Translations under genes and position numbers: made by a program
The notes under the pieces: model-generated
What the model saw: the letters and a program-made list of their open reading frames with translations, nothing else
What the model was told of the DNA's origin: nothing
Databases searched by the model: none
NCBI GenBank assembly: GCA_963835935.1
Contig: CAWIHK010000006.1
Coordinates: 44,119 to 108,118 of the forward strand
Direction of reading: 5' to 3'
Length of the DNA stretch: 64,000 bases
Source: Ignavibacteriota bacterium
GTDB taxonomy: Bacteria; Bacteroidota; Ignavibacteria; UBA10030; CAVZMI01
Part shown: positions 52,762 through 61,248 of the stretch, piece after piece
Numbering within the stretch: the stretch's first letter is position 1
Layout of the letters: each line of letters starts with the position of its first letter

Positions 52762-53223
52762 TTAAATACCCAACACATACCAGCCGCTTTTCTGTAAGTC
52801 GGCCAGCATCTTTCCAGTGTACATCACGGTAACTCCCAGATTTGTTAACTTATCGGACACTCCGTATAAGTCTGCACAGGCTTTGCATGCGTATAATTCC
52901 ACTCCGACGTTCTTGAGTTCCTTCAGACGTCCCTGCAACAGAGTGTCCTCCGCTAATAACTTTGATGACGGACCCCAGACGAGAAGCCTTACATTATCCA
53001 TCCAAGCGTTCTTCTTACAGTTGAATGCATACATGAATACCATCTTGAGGGCTACTTCACGGTCACCGTTTGTCCAGACTATCAGTTGTTGGTTCTTCGG
53101 TGAAATTGCAGTACTTGTCGAATCCTTCGGCGTTGACGGGCCGGATCCCTTCGAAGTTTGAGCAGTGAGTATCCCGCAAAACATTAGGATGCTGCAAATT
53201 ATTAACGTCGTTTTTTTTCTCAT
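52762..53223 (-). CDS. DsrE/DsrF-like family protein with signal peptide
   Basis: Size and 'LYACKACADLYG' region compatible with DsrE-like fold; weak. Confidence 0.4.
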   Translation of the reverse strand: MRKKTTLIICSILMFCGILTAQTSKGSGPSTPKDSTSTAISPKNQQLIVWTNGDREVALKMVFMYAFNCKKNAWMDNVRLLVWGPSSKLLAEDTLLQGRLKELKNVGVELYACKACADLYGVSDKLTNLGVTVMYTGKMLADLQKSGWYVLGI

Positions 53224-53540
53224 TTCTATTCTTATCCTTTCATTTGGTGTTTGTATTTGTTGAGCAGAACAGGTTTCAATTGTGAATTAAGTTTAAGTAT
53301 AATGCTAAATAATTGCAACGGATTTTTCCTGAAATAGATAGATCAAATTAAAATTTATCTGCATGATTTCTCTAAAATTTTTTTTATATAGTTTTTGATG
53401 ATTTCCAACACTTCCAATTTATCAGAAATATTTGGAGAACGATTCCCGGCCGCGTTCCGATAGGCCTATTGCCTTTGTGAATTTACTTGTTTATGTTTGA
53501 CTCGAATTGTACGAAAATATAGTAAGGAGCGATTACACTG

Positions 53541-55085
53541 ATGAATTTTTCTCGTAGCAGCGGAATACTTTTACATCCGACATCATTACCCGGTTCGTTC
53601 GGTTCCGGAGATCTCGGTGAGGAAGCATACAAGTTTATCGATTGGTTAGTATCGGCGGGTCAGTCCATCTGGCAGATGTTGCCAATCGGTCCGGCAGGAA
53701 TGGCTAACTCACCTTACATGTCTCTTTCCGCTTTTGCCGGGAATCCTTTGTTTATCGATTTACATGAATTGGTGTCTCTCGATTTATTAAAGAAGGAGGA
53801 ACTTCATTCGTGGGAAAACGGATCGCAACATCGTGTCGACTACTCAAAGGTTACGACTGCTCGAATGGAACTGCTCAGCATCGCCGCACGGAGATTTTTT
53901 GAACGATGCAGTCATGAAGACCAAGAACAATTTGAAAAATTTTGCAATTCAGAAAAATCTTGGCTCGACGACTATGCACTCTTTCAGGCGTTGAACCAGC
54001 AACATGGCGGAAGATTGTGGGTACACTGGGATCACGATATTGTTCAGCGTAAGCAGGAAGCTCTGAAAATTGCGGCGGTTAAATTAAAAGCCCATGTTGA
54101 TTTTAATAAATTCACACAATGGTGCTTCGCGCGACAATGGGGGAGACTGAAGAAGTACGCAAACGAAAATAATGTGAAGCTGGTCGGCGACATCCCGATT
54201 TTTGTCGCGCATCATAGCGCGGATGTTTGGTCTAACCAGGAAGCGTATCATCTCAATGCAGATGGAATGCCCACATCTGTTGCCGGCGTTCCTCCAGATT
54301 ATTTCAGCAAAGACGGACAGCGATGGGGAAATCCATTGTACCGATGGGATGTGATGAAGCAACAAGAATACAAATGGTGGATTGATCGTTTTAGAAAAAC
54401 TCTCTCGCTTTTTGATATCATTCGCATCGATCACTTCCGGGGATTCGAGGCGTATTGGGAGATTCCTGCAAAAGAAAAAACTGCACGAGTAGGTCGATGG
54501 GTGAAAGCTCCCGGCGCAGAACTCTTCAAGGCGATCAAAAGGAAACTCGGTTCGTTGCCGATCATTGCTGAAGATCTTGGTGTTGTGACTCCTGAAGTGA
54601 CTGCGCTTCGAGAAAAATTCAATTTCCCCGGAATGAAGGTATTGCAATTTGCATTTTCAACCGATCCGGAAGATAATTTCCTCACACATAACTATGAAAA
54701 AAATTATGTCGTCTTCACCGGAACACACGACAACGACACAACAATCGGCTGGTACGAAAAAGCGACCGAGCACGAACGCGACTTCGTAAGACGGTATTGC
54801 GTGACTGATGGCTGGCAGATAAATTGGGATTTGATCACACTCGCCTTGAGATCGGTTGCAGATATTGCGATCATTCCGCTTCAGGATATAATCGGACTGG
54901 GAAGTGAAGGAAGAATGAACTTTCCCGGAACTGTCGAATCAAACTGGGAATGGCGTTTCACGTGGGATCAAATTCAACCATGGGAAACAAATCGTTTGTA
55001 TGAATTAACTGCGTTAAACGGCAGATGCAAACCGGATAAGTTGAACCTCCTTCCGATAAAATCAAACACCGAAATATCACAATGA
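53541..55085 (+). CDS. malQ: 4-alpha-glucanotransferase (amylomaltase, GH77)
   Basis: 'SGILLHPTSLPG…GDLG' N-terminus, 'RIDHFRGF', 'AEDLGVVT', 'GTHDNDT'. Confidence 0.9.
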   Translation: MNFSRSSGILLHPTSLPGSFGSGDLGEEAYKFIDWLVSAGQSIWQMLPIGPAGMANSPYMSLSAFAGNPLFIDLHELVSLDLLKKEELHSWENGSQHRVDYSKVTTARMELLSIAARRFFERCSHEDQEQFEKFCNSEKSWLDDYALFQALNQQHGGRLWVHWDHDIVQRKQEALKIAAVKLKAHVDFNKFTQWCFARQWGRLKKYANENNVKLVGDIPIFVAHHSADVWSNQEAYHLNADGMPTSVAGVPPDYFSKDGQRWGNPLYRWDVMKQQEYKWWIDRFRKTLSLFDIIRIDHFRGFEAYWEIPAKEKTARVGRWVKAPGAELFKAIKRKLGSLPIIAEDLGVVTPEVTALREKFNFPGMKVLQFAFSTDPEDNFLTHNYEKNYVVFTGTHDNDTTIGWYEKATEHERDFVRRYCVTDGWQINWDLITLALRSVADIAIIPLQDIIGLGSEGRMNFPGTVESNWEWRFTWDQIQPWETNRLYELTALNGRCKPDKLNLLPIKSNTEISQ

Positions 55086-55206
55086 TTATAGTTAACTATC
55101 ATTGTTTTTAAAAAGGCACTGGAACTTTTTAAAGGTTTTTTCTTGAAATTAAGGAAGCAGTGTGTGCATTAAGCCGTACGTGCTTTGCAACGTTCGAACA
55201 ACAATG

Positions 55207-55262
55207 CAATCCCGCTTGCCCGGTATCGATAAACAAATTTCGAACTCTGACAAGCGGGATTG
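55207..55262. repeat. 12-bp perfect inverted repeat CAATCCCGCTTG…CAAGCGGGATTG with 32-nt spacer in convergent intergenic region
   Basis: Read directly; nearby 8-bp palindrome GTTCGAAC. Confidence 0.5.
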
Positions 55263-55347
55263 AACGATTACAAAAATATAATATCAACAAATCGAGTGTC
55301 GTGATTTTAGTTTTTTTATCTGATTGCAAAACTTAGCTCATAACATT

Positions 55348-56292
55348 TTACTTTTTATTCATGAGTCTCATATTGTGACATTCTATGACCGCTTTTTCGA
55401 GTGCCATTAGTTTTTCCCTTGATTTTTGAGGAGCTACGCCGTACGTTTTTGCAGTTTTATGGTTCACAATGTTTGATGGCGAGGTAGTTCTTTCGGCAAC
55501 CAAGGACCAAATTCCCGAGCTGCTTAAAGTCAGTACTGATGTAGCATTGCCATTGGTGAGGTTCAGGGAATACAGACTTGTAGAACTGTAATAACTGCCG
55601 TATAAAACTCCTCCATCCCCAAAAGTTATAGAGGTGATATCTGTGCCTGTCGAACCTAAATCAGTTATTAGTGACATATTGGATGCATTCAATGTAGATA
55701 AGTCGAAATGAACACCATATAGTGTGCCGGTCGATGCAAATTCTAAATCCCATACATCCGGAGAAGTAGGAAGGGTACCGACGAGTGTAAGTGCAGCATT
55801 GCTGAGATTTACGCTGAAAACGCGGCTAGCACCTGTAATTGCATTTTCTGTAACATATAACGTCCCGCTTGGTGAGAACGCTCCAGCATGCATCAATATG
55901 TCAGTTTCCGATTGATAATTAAAACTTCCGATTTCGGTAGTGGAACCATCACTTGGATAAATTATATCTAAATGTGTGCCTATGCCGTACAGGGTTCCAT
56001 CAGGTCCGTAAGCCATACCTGGAAAGTAATCACTACCGCCAATATTAGTTACGGTTCCATTTTGGCCATTGACCTTCACCAGTGAATAAGTGTAAGTACC
56101 ACTCGACCCAGTCCAACCTAAAAAATCACCCGTATAACCACCCGGTGTCGGGGTTGATGTTGAAAATGTGATGCTATCTACTTGGGAAAGTTCAAAGGTG
56201 GTTGTTCCGTCAGTCTTATGAACGGTCATCGTTTGAGAAAAAGAGAACTGAGCTAAGAAGACCATGATGATAAAAAGGGTAACATTCTTCAT
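55348..56292 (-). CDS. Hypothetical secreted beta-propeller-like protein
   Basis: Signal peptide; repeated 'TLYG' motifs; N-terminal 'TTTFELSQVDSITFS' motif shared with next gene. Confidence 0.4.
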   Translation of the reverse strand: MKNVTLFIIMVFLAQFSFSQTMTVHKTDGTTTFELSQVDSITFSTSTPTPGGYTGDFLGWTGSSGTYTYSLVKVNGQNGTVTNIGGSDYFPGMAYGPDGTLYGIGTHLDIIYPSDGSTTEIGSFNYQSETDILMHAGAFSPSGTLYVTENAITGASRVFSVNLSNAALTLVGTLPTSPDVWDLEFASTGTLYGVHFDLSTLNASNMSLITDLGSTGTDITSITFGDGGVLYGSYYSSTSLYSLNLTNGNATSVLTLSSSGIWSLVAERTTSPSNIVNHKTAKTYGVAPQKSREKLMALEKAVIECHNMRLMNKK

Positions 56293-56324
56293 TGTTGTAT
56301 CTCCTATATTAAATTGAATTCAAA

Positions 56325-56801
56325 TTATTTGATGAACAACATTTTCTTCGCGAGCATCGAATTCTCGAAAGTTACTTGGTAGAGGTATAGCCCGCTTGCT
56401 ACGGTTTTTTCATCGTTATTCTTCCCATCCCAGACAAAGGTATGCATGCCCTGAGCCTGACGGGTGATCCCGAGTGTTTTAACCAACTGACCATTGACAT
56501 TGAAAATCTTGATTTCAACATTCCCAATTTTGGGTAGTTGGTATTCAATTGTCGTGGTTGGATTGAATGGGTTGGGATAGTTTTGAAGCAGAGTAAACGT
56601 TTTGATGACTGTCGACAGCTTTTCGTTTCTAATAGCATTAACACCTGAGAAAGTGATTTTTTGAATATCCTGGATGGGAATAGAAGTGGTGCCCCCTCCC
56701 TTCATTCGGACATTCATGTAGTACGTCTGCGAATAGACAGAGCTGACGCAGAGTATGAGCAGTATTACCAATCGTCTCATGCCAATTCCTTTCAAAATCA
56801 T
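56325..56801 (-). CDS. Small secreted protein with T9SS C-terminal sorting domain (start probably at MRRLVIL, 56783)
   Basis: 'LLQNYPNPFNPTTTIEYQL…' CTD; N-terminal 'TTSIPIQDIQKITFS'. Confidence 0.6.
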   Translation of the reverse strand: MILKGIGMRRLVILLILCVSSVYSQTYYMNVRMKGGGTTSIPIQDIQKITFSGVNAIRNEKLSTVIKTFTLLQNYPNPFNPTTTIEYQLPKIGNVEIKIFNVNGQLVKTLGITRQAQGMHTFVWDGKNNDEKTVASGLYLYQVTFENSMLAKKMLFIK

Positions 56802-57210
56802 AGGGCTGATTGAATTTCGATAGCTCTAATTGCCCAACCCCGTTGGTAACTGAGCTAATGCCAGTGCCGGAACTCTCAATCGAACTTGAGAAGGACACAA
56901 TGACAGTCAATTATACGAATTATTTCTTTATCGTCATTTTTTACAAGAACATGAGATAGTTGTTGCATGTTAATTATTTTGGTTAAAAACTCCACCTGAT
57001 AATTGCAACTAATAGCGACAAATAATGAAAGCTTGAAATGGATTACGAATAAGCACCCCCATGAATGTCGGGAAAACCAGATGCATTGTCAAGTGTGAAA
57101 TGCGGGGCTGTGACGGCGGATACTTCGGAAATGGCTATCTTGTCGGTGATTAATTAAATTTTCAATAAGGGGATTTATCTAAAAAAAGACTTGACAATAA
57201 AAAATATTTT

Positions 57211-58275
57211 TTGAATATTGGAAGCGCTTCCACAATCAGAGGGATGTTTCCAATTATGTCTCTTACAATTTACGACATAGCTAAAAAAGCAAAAGTCGGA
57301 ATTGGAACTGTCTCACGTGTTTTCAACAACCACCCGAATGTTTCCGCAGAAACAAAGAATCGAGTTCTCCAAATTGCCAACAAGCTAAATTATCATCCGC
57401 ATCCTTATGCAAGAGGTTTAGCAAGTAAGCGTACAAATTCCGTGTTGGCGATTATTCCGTATTTCACAACATTCTTTTTCGTGGAGATGCTGCAGTCGAT
57501 GCAGGCAATGCTTGCAGAACACGAATGCGATCTTATTTTGCATGGTGTGGCGCATCCAGATCATGCCGAGGTGACACTGAAGAAAATAAATGTCCGCGGA
57601 CGTGTAGATGGAATACTTTTTTGCTCATTGAAAATGCCGGGAACATGTGCGGCTGAATATGCCGATTTAAAAATTCCGGTTGTACTTATAGATACGTACC
57701 ATCCGGATTATGATTCGTATAAGGTAGAGAATGTTCGCGGTGCGTACATGGCGACGCAACATCTTATCTCGCTCGGACATAAACAAATCGGGATCATGAA
57801 TGCAAATCTTGAAAGCACTCCGGCGCGTGAACGCCTGAAAGGATTTAAGCGGGCTATGCGTGAGGCGGATATCCTTATTGAAAAGGATTTTGTTAAACAT
57901 AGCATGTCGTCGCGTCTCGATGGTTTTACTTATGAAGACGGGTATAAAATGATGAAGCAATTTCTTTTGTCCGGCAGACGACGGCCGACTGCAATTTTTG
58001 TAACCAGTGATATTCAAGCATCAGGCGCATTGCAAGCAATGGAAGAGGAAGGGATTCACTGTCCTGAAGATATCGCTGTCGTCGGATTTGACGATATTGA
58101 ATTGGCCCGGCACATCGGATTGACTACAATGAAACAACCCATAAGTGAGATGGGATCACTTGCTGTTCAACGGTTGTTCGAACGCATGAAGTATCCTGAA
58201 GCAAAGCCAATTTCAAAAACTTTTGTTCCAAAATTAGTTGTTCGGCGAACTTCAGGTTCGACTCCTTCAGACTGA
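57211..58275 (+). CDS. LacI-family transcriptional regulator
   Basis: HTH 'IYDIAKKAKVGIGTVSRVFNN' + periplasmic-binding-fold domain. Confidence 0.8.
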   Translation: MNIGSASTIRGMFPIMSLTIYDIAKKAKVGIGTVSRVFNNHPNVSAETKNRVLQIANKLNYHPHPYARGLASKRTNSVLAIIPYFTTFFFVEMLQSMQAMLAEHECDLILHGVAHPDHAEVTLKKINVRGRVDGILFCSLKMPGTCAAEYADLKIPVVLIDTYHPDYDSYKVENVRGAYMATQHLISLGHKQIGIMNANLESTPARERLKGFKRAMREADILIEKDFVKHSMSSRLDGFTYEDGYKMMKQFLLSGRRRPTAIFVTSDIQASGALQAMEEEGIHCPEDIAVVGFDDIELARHIGLTTMKQPISEMGSLAVQRLFERMKYPEAKPISKTFVPKLVVRRTSGSTPSD

Positions 58276-58330
58276 GAAATCAATGGAGGCGTTCAAAAGT
58301 AATTCATAATTCTTTTTTATAGAAAATGAA

Positions 58331-61246
58331 TTGTCAAAAAGGAGAATCATAGTGACACGCACGTTGAGTTCTCTGTTGCTGTTGTCGTTCCTGCTATCGA
58401 ATGCAATCGGTGGTTCGACAGGAAAGATAGCAGGTGTAGTCAAAGACAAAAAAACCGGTGACCCGATTTTCGGAGCAAACGTCAGGGTGGAAGGAACGAC
58501 CCTTGGTGGTTCGGCCGATTTTCAGGGAAAATATTTCATCATCAATGTTCTCCCCAATGAATATACTCTGGAAGTGACCATGCTCGGATATTCCCCCGTG
58601 AAAGTTACAGGTGTCCAAGTGAGAGGCGATTTGACAACAACCGTTAATGTCGAACTTTCGGAAACCGAACTCCAGGTTACTCAGGAAGTTGTAATCGTTG
58701 CCGAGCGTCCGCTTGTTCAAAAAGATCTTACAGCAACAACAGCTATCGTGAGCGGGAATGAAATAGCAGCATTGCCTGTAACAGAAGTCGGTCAGGTTAT
58801 TTCAATGCAGGCGGGATTTGTGCAAGGCAGTTTGCGTGGCGGCCGCACAGGTGAGGTTGCCTATTGGATCGATGGTGTTCCTGTGATGGATGCTTATGAC
58901 GGCACTCAAATTGTCGAGGTGAATAAAAGTCTTGTTCAGGAACTTCAAGTGATATCAGGAGCATTCAATGCAGAGTACGGCCAGGCGATGTCGGGCATTG
59001 TAAATATTTCATCAAAAGAAGGGAGCGAGAAGTACGCCGGCGGAGTGGGTTTCTACGGAGGTGATTATATGCCCTCGGATACCAAGATTTTTACAGGAGA
59101 CAAATTTAAAGCGACCGATATCAGAGACTTCGAAGGAAACTTGAGCGGACCGCTGTTCACCAACCGATTAACTTTTTTTATAAACGCCAGGAATATTTAT
59201 TTCAACGGACACGAAAAAGGAATCAGGCGATTCAATCCCTGGAACCAAGTGAAGGATACTTCTATAACGAGACCTCTCGCGTCCGGAGAAAGTACTACGA
59301 TTGATACAGTCCTTTCAGAAGTTCCATACGGAACCGGCGATAATGCCGTCGTCCCGATGGATTGGAGCGACAGGTCATACGCACAAGGAAAATTGACATG
59401 GCATATTACTCCAACGATGAAACTTTCGGGAGATTATATTTTCGATTATACGAAATCAAAAAAGTACGATGCTATAACTGGCAATGACTTTATTTATTTT
59501 TACGATCCCGATGGTAAAGGGAACGAATACAACAAAACCAATACCTTCATATTTCAATTCAATCATGCATTAAGCGCCAACACGTTTTATAACATAGGAG
59601 GTTCCTTCTTTAAAAAGGATTATAAATATTATTTATATGATTTGAAATATAAAGATTCGACGACAGCTCAAGGAGATCACATCCAGGTAGAGGTTGTCGA
59701 TCCATACGGGCCGCACTATGTGAATCCACAATTGACTGTAGCGCCTGCATATAGTTTCTACACGGGTGGAACCGATCTCAATCGATCTCATCGGACGACG
59801 CAAACAGCCCTCATCAAGTTTGACATCAATAGTCAAATTGACGATGTGAACATGATTAAATTCGGCGTCGAATATCGATCGCACACTTTAACAAACGAGA
59901 GCATGACTTTGATACCGGCGGACGATCAATCCGGATTCGATTATCAGAAAGTGCCTCAATCGATATCTTATATGCGAACAGAGATTGCGGACATCACATC
60001 TCCGTACCATGATTACTATATTCATCATCCGAAAGAGTTTTCGACGTATTTACAGGATAAGATGGAGTTCAAGAGCATAATCGTGAACATCGGCTTGCGG
60101 TTTGATTATTTCAATCCCGACGGACAAGTGCTGAACGATTCGCATGCCGACACAAGCGATCCTCTTCATTACATGTATACAGTCGACGATCCGAGCATCG
60201 ATAACCCGATACGTCCGGATCATATATTCAATAATAACGGAACTCTCACCACACTTCAGGACCGTCTTGCTTATTGGTATAAACCGGCAAAAGCAAAATG
60301 GGCAGTAAGTCCTCGGTTGGGTGTTTCATTTCCGATCACCGATCGAGGAATAATCCATTTTTCTTACGGGCACTTTTTCCAAATTCCAAGATTTGAATAT
60401 TTGTACGAGAACCCAAGATTCAAACTAAGCCAGGTGACCTCTGATAACATGGGTAATGTCGGCAATGCAAATCTTGATCCGGAGTTAACCGTGAGCGCAG
60501 AACTCGGATTACAACAGCAGTTGACTGATGATATTGCTTTTGATTTGACAGCATACATGCGAGATATTCGCGGACTCACCGGCACGGAAGGATCCGACAT
60601 CCATGTGTTCGGTGGTGGTGAATATTATCAATACACGAATAGCGATTTTGGAATCGTTAAAGGAATTGTGTTCACTTTAGATAAAAGATTTTCAAACAGA
60701 GTGACAGCCCGTGTGGATTACACTTTCCAGGTTGCGTCGGGGACTGCGTCAGATCCGCAACAAGCGCGTACTGCAAAAGCAGGCGGCTCTCTTCCTGATG
60801 TTGAGATGGTTCCTTTAAAATGGGATCAGCGCCACACGTTAAATGTGTCGGTGAATTATTTTACCGATACTTGGGGTGCTAGTTCCATACTCACTTACGG
60901 ATCAGGAGCGCCTTACACACCTTCACTAGAATACAGTGGTACGGTTACAACTATGGTAACCAACAGTCAAAATGAACCTGCAACATTCAATTGTGATCTC
61001 CGGACATTCTATCAAATCGATTTCAAACCGGTGAAGGCGGTTATCTTCGCGCAAATCTACAATTTGTTCGATACACGAAATCAAACTCGCGTATATCCTT
61101 CAACAGGCCGTTCGGACTACTCACTCGATGAAAAACAAGCGCTGACAACTCCATTGTATGTCAATACTGCCGGTCAATGGTTTAATGATCCAACACGATA
61201 TTTAGAACCACGCCGTATCGAATTTGGTATAAACTTGGAGTTTTAA
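58331..61246 (+). CDS. TonB-dependent outer-membrane receptor with N-terminal carboxypeptidase-regulatory-like domain
   Basis: Signal peptide; 'GKIAGVVKDKKTGDPIFGANVRVEGT' CarbopepD_reg-like; plug region; C-terminal beta-barrel ending '…RIEFGINLEF'. Confidence 0.8.
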   Translation: MSKRRIIVTRTLSSLLLLSFLLSNAIGGSTGKIAGVVKDKKTGDPIFGANVRVEGTTLGGSADFQGKYFIINVLPNEYTLEVTMLGYSPVKVTGVQVRGDLTTTVNVELSETELQVTQEVVIVAERPLVQKDLTATTAIVSGNEIAALPVTEVGQVISMQAGFVQGSLRGGRTGEVAYWIDGVPVMDAYDGTQIVEVNKSLVQELQVISGAFNAEYGQAMSGIVNISSKEGSEKYAGGVGFYGGDYMPSDTKIFTGDKFKATDIRDFEGNLSGPLFTNRLTFFINARNIYFNGHEKGIRRFNPWNQVKDTSITRPLASGESTTIDTVLSEVPYGTGDNAVVPMDWSDRSYAQGKLTWHITPTMKLSGDYIFDYTKSKKYDAITGNDFIYFYDPDGKGNEYNKTNTFIFQFNHALSANTFYNIGGSFFKKDYKYYLYDLKYKDSTTAQGDHIQVEVVDPYGPHYVNPQLTVAPAYSFYTGGTDLNRSHRTTQTALIKFDINSQIDDVNMIKFGVEYRSHTLTNESMTLIPADDQSGFDYQKVPQSISYMRTEIADITSPYHDYYIHHPKEFSTYLQDKMEFKSIIVNIGLRFDYFNPDGQVLNDSHADTSDPLHYMYTVDDPSIDNPIRPDHIFNNNGTLTTLQDRLAYWYKPAKAKWAVSPRLGVSFPITDRGIIHFSYGHFFQIPRFEYLYENPRFKLSQVTSDNMGNVGNANLDPELTVSAELGLQQQLTDDIAFDLTAYMRDIRGLTGTEGSDIHVFGGGEYYQYTNSDFGIVKGIVFTLDKRFSNRVTARVDYTFQVASGTASDPQQARTAKAGGSLPDVEMVPLKWDQRHTLNVSVNYFTDTWGASSILTYGSGAPYTPSLEYSGTVTTMVTNSQNEPATFNCDLRTFYQIDFKPVKAVIFAQIYNLFDTRNQTRVYPSTGRSDYSLDEKQALTTPLYVNTAGQWFNDPTRYLEPRRIEFGINLEF

Positions 61247-61248
61247 TC

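Noticed and set aside
55129-55329. 66-aa ORF in the malQ downstream intergenic region
   Set aside because: No recognisable features. The region is better explained by inverted repeats and terminator-like structure.
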